A DNA stretch of 37,167 bases from Draconibacterium orientale (GTDB lineage: Bacteria > Bacteroidota > Bacteroidia > Bacteroidales > JAADGE01). Both the position numbers and the translations under genes were made by a program. This document shows positions 8,556-17,190 of this stretch, one piece after another. The notes below the pieces were generated by a model. The model ran no database searches. It saw only the letters and a list, made by a program, of their open reading frames with translations, and had not been told where the DNA came from. How positions within the stretch are numbered: position 1 is the first letter of the stretch; each line of letters begins with the position of its first letter. Where the stretch lies: positions 1 to 37,167 of the forward strand of contig DYSM01000001.1 of assembly GCA_020718265.1 (NCBI GenBank). The letters are read 5' to 3'.

Positions 8556-8980
8556 TGAAAACATTCACAGCAGAAATTATTGTTCCGTTCAGAATAAAGA
8601 AACGCCCCACTCGTTGGGGCGCGTTCTGGGCGAACCGCTTACTGTTCGATTTCTACGGCGAAGGCGGAAAGGCTTGGCAAGGCGGACTGCTCATGGCTAT
8701 ACAACTCTTACTGATAGTTCCGATGTTGTTACTTGATTTCGGAATTTTGTTAGTTTTTGGTGCATGGAAGTTACTTTTCGGATTCAGCAAAAAGACAACA
8801 GAAGCAGGAATTGACGTAACAACAAGCACATTGAAAACTGCATTTGGATTCATTCTAAAATGGGTTATTGCAATTGGCGCAATTATTTTTCTATACACAA
8901 TAATATCAGACGGATTATGGAAAAAATACTCGGAAAAATTGTCATTCTACTTGGAACTGTTACAATCAGTTTCGTTTTGA
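8555..8980 (+). CDS. multi-pass membrane protein (lysis cassette, second holin/antiholin candidate)
   Basis: The track ORF starts at GTG 8552, with an ATG at 8555. Three hydrophobic segments are present (LLMAIQLLLIVPMLLLDFGILLVFGAW, FGFILKWVIAIGAIIFLYTII). Confidence 0.5.
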   Translation: MKTFTAEIIVPFRIKKRPTRWGAFWANRLLFDFYGEGGKAWQGGLLMAIQLLLIVPMLLLDFGILLVFGAWKLLFGFSKKTTEAGIDVTTSTLKTAFGFILKWVIAIGAIIFLYTIISDGLWKKYSEKLSFYLELLQSVSF

Positions 8981-9576
8981 TTCATTATGTGAATTTCAAA
9001 CTTACCTTGACAGGTTCCGAAAGTTACTTTTCAGAGAAAGTAAGACAGCTTGATATTATCAACGAACTCCGAATGCGTAGCTTATCAATTATCGACATGC
9101 GCGATATCACGAAACAAGGCACACACATGAAAACAACAATTTCACACATCGTCTTACATCACGATAATTATCCTTACGGTCAAGATAATTCGTGGGACAA
9201 TGTGGATGAGTATCACGAAGGCAAGGGCTGGGGCGGAATTGTGTATCACTATTTTGTCAGCAGGTCAGGCAAGGTATATCAAAACCACACCGACAGTGCT
9301 AACACTCCACACGCAGGAAGCCGAAAGTATAATGCCGTGTCCATTAGCGTATGTATGCAAGGCAATTTTGAAACAGACACGCTCCAAGGTGAACAGAAAC
9401 GCAGCGTAATCAAGCTGCTCTACCTCTTACGCCGACGATACCCCGATGCAATCTTAGTCGGACACCGCGAGGTAAGACCTGAGCCGACGGCTTGCCCGGG
9501 GAGGAACATTGACTTAATTAAGCTGAAAGAAGCAAGTTTTCAACCTCACATTAAATTACTGAATTATGAGCATTGA
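8917..9576 (+). CDS. N-acetylmuramoyl-L-alanine amidase endolysin (Amidase_2/PGRP, T7-lysozyme-like), possibly with an N-terminal signal anchor
   Basis: 'ISHIVLHHD', 'GWGGIVYHYFV', 'NTPHAG' and 'VGHREV..PTACPGRN' match the Zn ligands and core of Amidase_2. The start is uncertain. ATG 8917 adds a hydrophobic helix (ILGKIVILLGTVTISFVLI), whereas ATG 9073 would avoid the overlap with the previous gene. Confidence 0.85.
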   Translation: MEKILGKIVILLGTVTISFVLIHYVNFKLTLTGSESYFSEKVRQLDIINELRMRSLSIIDMRDITKQGTHMKTTISHIVLHHDNYPYGQDNSWDNVDEYHEGKGWGGIVYHYFVSRSGKVYQNHTDSANTPHAGSRKYNAVSISVCMQGNFETDTLQGEQKRSVIKLLYLLRRRYPDAILVGHREVRPEPTACPGRNIDLIKLKEASFQPHIKLLNYEH

Positions 9577-10627
9577 ACTATATCGCACTATATTAGTGCT
9601 GTTATCGAACCAATTCACGCACGGTACGCCTGCAATTAACATCTACACGGGCGACATCGTTATTGTGAAAATGATAGGAGAGAGGCATAACGAATTGCAG
9701 GTGTTCCCGATATACGGCGAATCCACTACTACGGTGGAGTTTGACCTGTCGCCGCAAAACTTCTTAACTTTGCCTGAATTATCGGAAAGTAACGGGAAAA
9801 ATAAGGAAGTAATCGGAAAATTAGCGGTGCTGTATCGGAAAATCATCGGCGATTTTTCGGAGCAATATCAGAAATTTAACGGCGTTTTTTCGGAAACTTC
9901 GCAGAAGGTTATCGGAAACGCGGCGGCAGAAAATCAGACTGACATCGGCGAAGTTGCGGTTCCTTATCAGCGATTTGTCGGGAAAGATGTGATTGACCGT
10001 AACAAAGTCAGCCACAAATACACGGGCGAACTCAAAACTGTAATGCACGATATTGAGCGTGTTACTGACAAGATTGTCAAGAACACGCAGAAGGAAGAAA
10101 CGATAAGCAAAACCGCCAAGCGTTACGATAATGCTTGCGTAATTGCCGAAGGAAACGCGAAAGACAAGCTGGCGCAATTGAAAAAGATTCGCCAAGCGCT
10201 GCAACATTCGAGCGATAAGCAAGATCAACGCATTAAGCAAAACACTACGGAAGCACAGGGCGCGTCCGTAGGTTTCAAATTCAAGAAGCTTCTTTGGGCG
10301 GCGGCATTTTTCGCAGTTGCGGCAGGTGCGGTGTGGTTCACATTTTTTGACGAACTTACTTCGGCGAAAAATGAAGTAACATCCGTAGTGCATACCGTAA
10401 TTCCGCAGACGAACACCGCTATAAAAGAAACTAAGAAAACCGATGCGGCGGCTAAGGTTTGGACTGATACTGAATTATTGAGACTTATTGAACTATATGC
10501 CGTGAAGGATAGCAAGAAGATTTTCGACTTCGGTCGAAACAAGTTACTTTCTCAAATGAAAGGCAAGAAACTCACAGACTACGAAGTGAAAATGCAAATT
10601 GAAACGTATCTTAAAAAAATAAAATAG
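9566..10627 (+). CDS. hypothetical protein with one TM helix
   Basis: 353 aa with a TM segment LLWAAAFFAVAAGAVWFTFF near aa 245. The N-terminal third contains the ATCGGAAA DNA repeat cluster. Confidence 0.6.
   Translation: MSIELYRTILVLLSNQFTHGTPAINIYTGDIVIVKMIGERHNELQVFPIYGESTTTVEFDLSPQNFLTLPELSESNGKNKEVIGKLAVLYRKIIGDFSEQYQKFNGVFSETSQKVIGNAAAENQTDIGEVAVPYQRFVGKDVIDRNKVSHKYTGELKTVMHDIERVTDKIVKNTQKEETISKTAKRYDNACVIAEGNAKDKLAQLKKIRQALQHSSDKQDQRIKQNTTEAQGASVGFKFKKLLWAAAFFAVAAGAVWFTFFDELTSAKNEVTSVVHTVIPQTNTAIKETKKTDAAAKVWTDTELLRLIELYAVKDSKKIFDFGRNKLLSQMKGKKLTDYEVKMQIETYLKKIK
9778..9920 (+). repeat. cluster of T(A/T)TCGGAAA repeats inside a CDS
   Basis: Exact ATCGGAAA occurs at 9781, 9812, 9834 and 9911, in all three reading-frame phases. 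TTTTCGGA(G/A) occurs at 9854 and 9887. Related ATCGGCG occurs at 9845 and 9944. Confidence 0.7.
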
Positions 10628-10769
10628 TTGGTTCATGGCATTGTGTCGCCAGACCAATTATAAAATAATCGCTGCACAGTCACGCTGTTTGCCTCATGCA
10701 TAGAAAAACTGTTTTTTTTTTTTTGTTTTTTTTTTGTGCACACGTTTTGAGGAAATTTGTGCACGTTTT

Positions 10770-10804
10770 GTCCTTTTTGCACATGATTTTTAAGCGGAAA
10801 TTTG
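10770..10804 (+). promoter_or_regulatory. copy B of the bipartite motif GTCCTTTTTGCAC - N - GAAATTTG (putative late promoter for the tape measure gene)
   Basis: gtcctttttgcac at 10770 and gaaatttg at 10797-10804 (27-nt offset), with the ATG at 10821. A second ggaaatttgtg copy lies at 10751-10761. The motif is preceded by T13-G-T10 (10712-10735). Confidence 0.55.
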
Positions 10805-10820
10805 TGTAAAATTTCGTATC

Positions 10821-13800
10821 ATGGCAGATATACAAGGCAGAGTAGATTTGAAGGTGAACGGCGACGATGCCGCCGCCGAACTAAAACGCTTACAGAAGAA
10901 GACTTCGGAACTCCGTCAGGAGATTTTGAAAGTGCAAAAAGAACAGTTACTGAAAAAGAGTTCGATTGACGAAGCTTACAAGGCTCTGAAACTTGCACAA
11001 ACACGCGCATCGGATTTGCGCATCGAAATTGTGAAACTCTCACAAGCCGTTGTCATTGACGAAAAAGCATTGAAGCTCGCCAACGCCGAACTTGCCAAGG
11101 CTGATGCCGAAATAAAATCTATCAATAAGGAGTTACGTACCTTAGAGAAAAACCCGGCATTGAACGCACTCAATGCGGAACTCAAAGCAACGAACAACCA
11201 ACTCCGTGCCATTGATAACGCAACTTTCGAATACAGTAAAGTCCTTAAGAATCTATCAGGCGCAACCATTAAAGACTTGAACCGCGCACATGCACAACTC
11301 AGTAAGGAAATTCAAACCATAAACCGTAACACGGACGAATATCGCCAAAAGTCCAAACAACTTGCGCAAATATCTACAACTATCGGGCAAGTGCGCAACG
11401 AGATGCGCGGCGTTGCAAAAGAAACGCTGACATTCAAGGATAGACTCGGCAAGATGGCTGATAATTTCAACCGTTTCGGCGCAATGTCAATCGGCATTAT
11501 CGGTTCACTTACCGGATTAGTGGTCTCGGCACGCAAAGCGGTGGATGCGTTCAACGAGTTTGAATCTTCGCAAGATAATTTGCAGGCATTGACCGGACTT
11601 TCAGAAGAAAAGGTGAAAGGCTTAGGCGATGCCGCGATTGAAATGAGCACATCTGTGCAGGAAGGCGGCGTGCGCATAACGAAATCCGCCAAAGATATTG
11701 TGGATGCGTTCACGTCCGCAGGCTCGAAACGACCGGAACTGCTCGCAAACGCAGAGGCATTGAAAACCGTTACGAACGATGCACTTATCCTTGCCGAAGC
11801 CGCTAAGATGGAACTCGACCCGGCAATCGGCGCAGTTACCGCCGCCATGAATCAGTTCGGACTTGGCGCAGATGAAAGTCGCCGTATTATCAATGTGTTT
11901 GCGGCAGGCTCGAAGGCAGGCAGTGCGGAGGTGGACAGCCTTGGAGAATCGTTCAAGAACGTGGGAACGGTGGCATCGGAAAGCAACATGACTCTCGAAG
12001 AAACGGTTGCGGCATTGGAGGTTTTGGGTGACAAACAAATCTATTCGGAAGAAGCCGGAACGAAATTGCGTGGTGCATTATTGAAATTAAAACAAACCGG
12101 CGTGGGTTACGCATCAGGCACGTTCAACATGCGCGATGCTTTGTTAGAAGCGAACGCACAACTTGAAAAACAAGGCACGGAAGCGCAGAAAGATGCGCTG
12201 AAAATGAAATTGTTCGGTGCTGAAAATATTACGGTAGGTTCTATTTTGCTTGGCAACATCCTAAAATACGACGAACTGACAAAAGCCGTTACCGGCACGA
12301 ACACGGCAATTGAGCAAGCAGCAATTAACACAGATAATAACGCCGCCAAACTCGAACAGGCAAAAAACCGCGCCCAAGAAAATGCGATTGTGCTGGGCGA
12401 ACAGCTCGCCCCTGCCCTCACATTCAGTACGAATGCGTTTTCGTATTTGTTGAAAGTGTTGGTTACGATTATAAAAAATTGGGACACGTTTGCGAAGTAT
12501 TTGAAAATTGCTGTTGCCGGAATTGTAGCTTATACTGTCGTTACGAAAGGTGCGACAATTGCAACTTTTTTGCAAGAAAAAGCAACATTAGTCTTGAAAA
12601 AAGCCAACGACCTTCTTAGTATTTCAATGAAAAAAACGCCTTGGGGTTTGATAATAGCCGGAGTTGCTGCTGCAATTACGGCTTTTATATTATTCCGTGA
12701 AAAGGCTAAAGAAGCTGAAAAACCTCTGCTTAATCTTGCAAAAGCAGGTGATATATATTCTGAAAAAATGGCTGAGGTTGTCGGCGAAAGTGATGCTCTT
12801 TTTGAGATGCTGAAAACAACAGAAAAAGGCACGCAATCTTACGACAATGTATTGAAGGCTGTTAACGAAAAATATAAAACATATTTGCCTAATCTTCTTA
12901 CACAGCAGACTTCATTAGAAGATATTGAAAAAGCTCAAAAAGCAGTAAATGAGGCATTATTACAAAATATTGCGATTGAAAGTAAAAAAGAGGAATTTAT
13001 AAATCTAAACAAGGAATACTTAAGGTCACAACGTGAAATTTTTAAAATTTTCAATGAAACGATTAAACCATCTGTTATTGATAGACTTGATACGTTTAAT
13101 TTCGCTTGGTTTCAAGCTGCGGCAAATGCCGGCTTAACAGCCGATCAGATAAGCGCATCAGTTCAGTCTGCGACAGGATATAGTATTATTGATGATAATC
13201 TTCGGAATCTTGTTTCGGATACAAAACGTGCCGCACTTGAGTTTGAAAATGGGAAAAAAAGTATAGGAGAATTTTATTCTACGCTTATAACAGGAAGCGA
13301 AGAAGCGGCAAATTCAGGGAATGGGACAGGAGGCGGAACCGCAAACGCCCAAGCCAAAGCCGATGATTCTCGTATGCTTTTCGAGCTCATTCAACAATTA
13401 AACATCAATGCAATTGAGGACGAGCGCAAACGCGCTGCGGCTGAATTGGAAATCTGGTTCACGAAAGAGCAGGAGAAAATATTGATGGCGAAAGTATCGG
13501 AAGAGCAAAAGAATTATGCACTCTCGCAATTGGATGCCGCGTATACCGCCAAACGTATCGAGAATGAAAAGGCATATCAAGACGAATTACTGAAACGCTA
13601 CCAAGATATTGAGGCATTCGTAACCGAAGCGCAACGCGGCATCGTAACCGAACAGGAACGATTGAACGAAATTGAACTTGCGGCAATTGACGGAAAATAT
13701 CAAAAGCAAATTGATGCCGCAACGAAGTTCGCATCCGAAGATGTCGCCAGACGTGAGGAATATCTGCGCATTATTTCCGACCTTGAAACCGTGCGCGATG

Positions 13801-14828
13801 CCGAGAAAAAGGCGTATCTCGAAGCTAAGGAAAAAGAACATACAGAGATGATTCAATCCATTCGGGAGCAATACGGACTTATTAGCGATGCAGACAAATA
13901 TCAACAGCAGCTTGACCAACTGAAAGCATATAAGGATCAAGAATTACTGACAGAAGCGGAATACGAACAGGCATTGTTCATTCTGCGAACGGAACATCTG
14001 AAGCAATTGGATGCGCAAGCCCAAGCCGCGCACGATGAAGAAATGCAACGCCGCAGAGAGAACTTGTCGCAAATGTCGTCAGTTATCAGCGCAAGCGAAT
14101 CATTGACGAACGCCGCCAAAGAGCGTGAACTGCAACGTGTGGGCGATGATGAGGAGAAGAAAAAGCAAATCCAAAAGAAATATGCCGATATTGAATTTGC
14201 AATCACACTCGCGCAAATTGCTGCTACAGCCGCCAAAGCCTACATGGAAGCCGCCGCACTTGCATTGACTAATCCTATTGCTGGTGGTCTTGCGTATATT
14301 GCGCTCACTGCGCAAGCCGGCGCATCGACCTTAGCCGCTACCAATCAGCGCAATGCTGTAATGCAGCTCGCCGACGGAAAGTATGACGTAGTAGGTGAGG
14401 ATGACGGCAAACATTACGCCGCGCCGTTGGTTCCGACACTCAGCACCGGCATTGTGCGCAAGCCTACATTGGTAGCGGAAGAGCCGGAGTTCGTGGTGGA
14501 CAATCGCACCTTATATAATGTGAAAACGGACAGATACGGCATGACGGTAATGGATCATGCGCAGGCTATATCAAGGATGCGTAGTTTGCGTGTGCCTCAG
14601 CGCGCACGCGGGAAATACCAAACTGCAGGAACGAATGTTCCTGCAACGATGCATGCGGATAACTCCGAAATGATTGCCGAACTGCGTGCGATGCGCTCCG
14701 AACTCGGAAACATGCGTTCGGACTTACAAAATTTCAAGGGAAAACTGAAAGCGCAAATTGTCTATACGGATTTGGAGGATTACGAGGCGAAAATTAACAA
14801 GGTAAGAAACGATACTTCGGTGTTGTAA
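10821..14828 (+). CDS. tail tape measure protein
   Basis: 1335 aa, largely coiled coil. The core 'AAGSKAGSAEVDSLGESFKNVGTVASESNMTLEETVAALEVLGD...GTKLRGALLKL' matches the TP901-type tape-measure domain. Central TM-like helices are present. Confidence 0.92.
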   Translation: MADIQGRVDLKVNGDDAAAELKRLQKKTSELRQEILKVQKEQLLKKSSIDEAYKALKLAQTRASDLRIEIVKLSQAVVIDEKALKLANAELAKADAEIKSINKELRTLEKNPALNALNAELKATNNQLRAIDNATFEYSKVLKNLSGATIKDLNRAHAQLSKEIQTINRNTDEYRQKSKQLAQISTTIGQVRNEMRGVAKETLTFKDRLGKMADNFNRFGAMSIGIIGSLTGLVVSARKAVDAFNEFESSQDNLQALTGLSEEKVKGLGDAAIEMSTSVQEGGVRITKSAKDIVDAFTSAGSKRPELLANAEALKTVTNDALILAEAAKMELDPAIGAVTAAMNQFGLGADESRRIINVFAAGSKAGSAEVDSLGESFKNVGTVASESNMTLEETVAALEVLGDKQIYSEEAGTKLRGALLKLKQTGVGYASGTFNMRDALLEANAQLEKQGTEAQKDALKMKLFGAENITVGSILLGNILKYDELTKAVTGTNTAIEQAAINTDNNAAKLEQAKNRAQENAIVLGEQLAPALTFSTNAFSYLLKVLVTIIKNWDTFAKYLKIAVAGIVAYTVVTKGATIATFLQEKATLVLKKANDLLSISMKKTPWGLIIAGVAAAITAFILFREKAKEAEKPLLNLAKAGDIYSEKMAEVVGESDALFEMLKTTEKGTQSYDNVLKAVNEKYKTYLPNLLTQQTSLEDIEKAQKAVNEALLQNIAIESKKEEFINLNKEYLRSQREIFKIFNETIKPSVIDRLDTFNFAWFQAAANAGLTADQISASVQSATGYSIIDDNLRNLVSDTKRAALEFENGKKSIGEFYSTLITGSEEAANSGNGTGGGTANAQAKADDSRMLFELIQQLNINAIEDERKRAAAELEIWFTKEQEKILMAKVSEEQKNYALSQLDAAYTAKRIENEKAYQDELLKRYQDIEAFVTEAQRGIVTEQERLNEIELAAIDGKYQKQIDAATKFASEDVARREEYLRIISDLETVRDAEKKAYLEAKEKEHTEMIQSIREQYGLISDADKYQQQLDQLKAYKDQELLTEAEYEQALFILRTEHLKQLDAQAQAAHDEEMQRRRENLSQMSSVISASESLTNAAKERELQRVGDDEEKKKQIQKKYADIEFAITLAQIAATAAKAYMEAAALALTNPIAGGLAYIALTAQAGASTLAATNQRNAVMQLADGKYDVVGEDDGKHYAAPLVPTLSTGIVRKPTLVAEEPEFVVDNRTLYNVKTDRYGMTVMDHAQAISRMRSLRVPQRARGKYQTAGTNVPATMHADNSEMIAELRAMRSELGNMRSDLQNFKGKLKAQIVYTDLEDYEAKINKVRNDTSVL

Positions 14829-14829
14829 T

Positions 14830-14864
14830 GTCCTTTTTGCACTCTGATTTTTTTTAGAAATTTG
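14830..14864 (+). promoter_or_regulatory. copy C of the bipartite motif
   Basis: gtcctttttgcac at 14830 starts 2 nt after the tape-measure stop. gaaatttg lies at 14857-14864 (27-nt offset) and the ATG at 14883. Confidence 0.55.
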
Positions 14865-14882
14865 TATTAAAGTTATTGAGTT

Positions 14883-15323
14883 ATGTTGATGTATCTTCTC
14901 TTTTCAATTCTGTTGCAAGTTCCTGTGGATGTTGCTTCACCCGAAATGAAACTTCTTGATTATGGTTCCTTCGGAATTATGCTTGCATTTTCGATTTTCA
15001 TTATTCGTTACCAAGCGAAAAAAGATCAACAACTACAAGAAAAGCGCGATATTGATTATAAGAATGCAATGGACAGGGCATATAAGGAACGCGACGAAGC
15101 TATCAAGGAAATGAATGTTATTTCTACGCGATTCATTGACCACATGGAGGATAATACGAAGCAGAACTTATCTGTAATTGTTGAAAATACTAAGGTAATT
15201 TCCAAGTTTTCAGATAGTTTCGATATGTTCTCGAAATCGAACGTCTTACTTGCATCTAGCATCGAAAAACTAACAGTGATAACGGAATTCTACTCGAAAA
15301 AATTCAACGATATACATAAGTAA
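14883..15323 (+). CDS. hypothetical membrane/coiled-coil protein
   Basis: 146 aa with a hydrophobic N-terminus and then a charged helical region. The stop overlaps the next ATG. Confidence 0.55.
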   Translation: MLMYLLFSILLQVPVDVASPEMKLLDYGSFGIMLAFSIFIIRYQAKKDQQLQEKRDIDYKNAMDRAYKERDEAIKEMNVISTRFIDHMEDNTKQNLSVIVENTKVISKFSDSFDMFSKSNVLLASSIEKLTVITEFYSKKFNDIHK

Positions 15324-17146
15324 TGCTCGAAATTCGCTTCAACTCACAGCCCATTGAACTGCCGGACGATTTTCAAATTATTATCGTTGAGCACGGGAAT
15401 GTATTCACGTTCGACAAATTAGAAGGTGGCTATTCTTTACCTGTTTCGGCTCCGATGTCGGTGCGAAATCAGCGTATTTTTGGGTTTGCATTTCGACCTG
15501 AAAAACACGAAAACGAAGTTATTGAGGGCGATGCAGAAGTAATTTTTCACGGTATTCCGATTGCACGCGGCATTATGCGTGCGGAAGAAATTAGTCAGAA
15601 GTCGATTGAGTTCACTATTTTCGTGAATAACGGCGGTTTCTATCACCAAATAAAAGACAAGCTGCTCACAGACTTAGACTATGGCGACGACTGCGAATTT
15701 ATTTTGCCAACGTTCGCGGAAAACGGAACGCGGTATCCGCAGAGATATGTTTTGGCTACGATTCAGAACGAAGATTTTTTTAAGGACACTATATATGAAA
15801 ATTATAAGACAGTTGAAGGCGGTGTTTGGAAAGATGCGTTTGAGAAACAGAATACTGTGAATTCGATTGAATCACAAGCTTATGAATTCTTTTTTAAATA
15901 TAACTATCCTGTTGCAGTTACGCCATTCCCTTTTGTCGATGATGTCTTATATAAGGTGTTATCGAATTTCATTACCTTATATGAATCTAAGGTTTCTGAT
16001 AATCAATTCCTAACGTGGTTTCCAAAACAACTTCTATTCACCGTTAATACAATTGTATATGCAAGGCATGAGATAGATTTCGGAACCTATAATGCGAAGA
16101 ATCATGTTCCGCGTACACCCGTTACGGAGTTTTTGTTGTCAATACAAAATTTTTGGAATTTATTTCTCAATGTGCGGCATGGTCATGCTATACTAATTTC
16201 GAGATACGATATGATTATGACAGAAAGTTATATCGATTATTCGTCGAAACATGTCAAGACTACAACGAAGAAAATTACAGGCAAAGCAGACGGATGGGAA
16301 ATTTCTGTGCAACGTGATAGTGCTGACTCATTTGCATCTAATTATCCTGATTTTTCGCAGTCCCAACATAGTCATATTGAATTACCATCGTTAGAATATT
16401 ATCCTGTATATGGGAATTATACAGTGTACGATACCATAGGTTTCGCAAGATTCACTTATCGGATGGATCATACAAAAACACTTGTTTTTTTTGAAAATCC
16501 GCCCGGTATATATTCCATTCTTAGTCAAGGCGAAGAATGGCAAGTCCTTCCGGAAGGTTCAGGTAATTTCCAAGAATTTCGTAATGTTGCAATTTCTAAC
16601 GGAATGTTTTCCGGCAATCTTGACGTGAAAATTCCACTATTTTCTTGCTCAATATCGCACTGGTTATACGGTCAGAACCAATCGAATCTAAGAGCATTAC
16701 CGATAGTTAAACAGAAAGGAAACTTTTTTCAAGGCGCTCTTAACCGGAATGGCACGGAATATCCATATAACGATTTCTCATTACGGTATATGTTTCACTT
16801 TTCGAATGATATGACAGCATTGCCTTTCAGACATATTCCATACGCAGCTTCCGGGTATTTCTTTGGAGTTCCTCCGTCAGGCGATGCTCCGGAAGATGAA
16901 AAAGATACGATAAGCTACTCGGCACAATGGTCTTATTACGAACGCTGGAAAAAGTTTCTAACTTGGTATCTTGATGTTGATGCTGAATATACAATCTACC
17001 TGTATATGAATGCGGCAGATATTTTTAATTTCGATTTCACAAAAAAATATAAAATAGGGGAAAATACCTATTTCATTACGGACTTGGAATATAACTTGAG
17101 TAATAATGGAGTTTCAGTAGTTAAGGCAACAGCAATTCGTTTCTGA
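15323..17146 (+). CDS. putative tail (distal tail/baseplate) protein
   Basis: 607-aa ORF just downstream of the tape measure. The call is by position only. Confidence 0.5.
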   Translation: MLEIRFNSQPIELPDDFQIIIVEHGNVFTFDKLEGGYSLPVSAPMSVRNQRIFGFAFRPEKHENEVIEGDAEVIFHGIPIARGIMRAEEISQKSIEFTIFVNNGGFYHQIKDKLLTDLDYGDDCEFILPTFAENGTRYPQRYVLATIQNEDFFKDTIYENYKTVEGGVWKDAFEKQNTVNSIESQAYEFFFKYNYPVAVTPFPFVDDVLYKVLSNFITLYESKVSDNQFLTWFPKQLLFTVNTIVYARHEIDFGTYNAKNHVPRTPVTEFLLSIQNFWNLFLNVRHGHAILISRYDMIMTESYIDYSSKHVKTTTKKITGKADGWEISVQRDSADSFASNYPDFSQSQHSHIELPSLEYYPVYGNYTVYDTIGFARFTYRMDHTKTLVFFENPPGIYSILSQGEEWQVLPEGSGNFQEFRNVAISNGMFSGNLDVKIPLFSCSISHWLYGQNQSNLRALPIVKQKGNFFQGALNRNGTEYPYNDFSLRYMFHFSNDMTALPFRHIPYAASGYFFGVPPSGDAPEDEKDTISYSAQWSYYERWKKFLTWYLDVDAEYTIYLYMNAADIFNFDFTKKYKIGENTYFITDLEYNLSNNGVSVVKATAIRF

Positions 17147-17149
17147 TTT

Positions 17150-17183
17150 GTCCTTTTTTAGAAGTCTTACTTCCTTAATTTTG
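17150..17183 (+). promoter_or_regulatory. copy D of the bipartite motif
   Basis: gtcctttttta at 17150 starts 4 nt after the stop at 17146. A perfect TAnnTTTG (taattttg) lies at 17176-17183 and the ATG at 17191. Confidence 0.55.
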
Positions 17184-17190
17184 CATCAAT

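Noticed and set aside
10976-14315. Multiple minus-strand and alternative-frame ORFs inside the tape measure gene (for example 11312..11848, 11622..12038, 12107..12487)
   Set aside because: They are typical antisense or off-frame ORFs of an Ala/Lys/Glu-rich coiled-coil gene. None has its own regulatory signals, and the + strand ORF carries the diagnostic tape-measure core.
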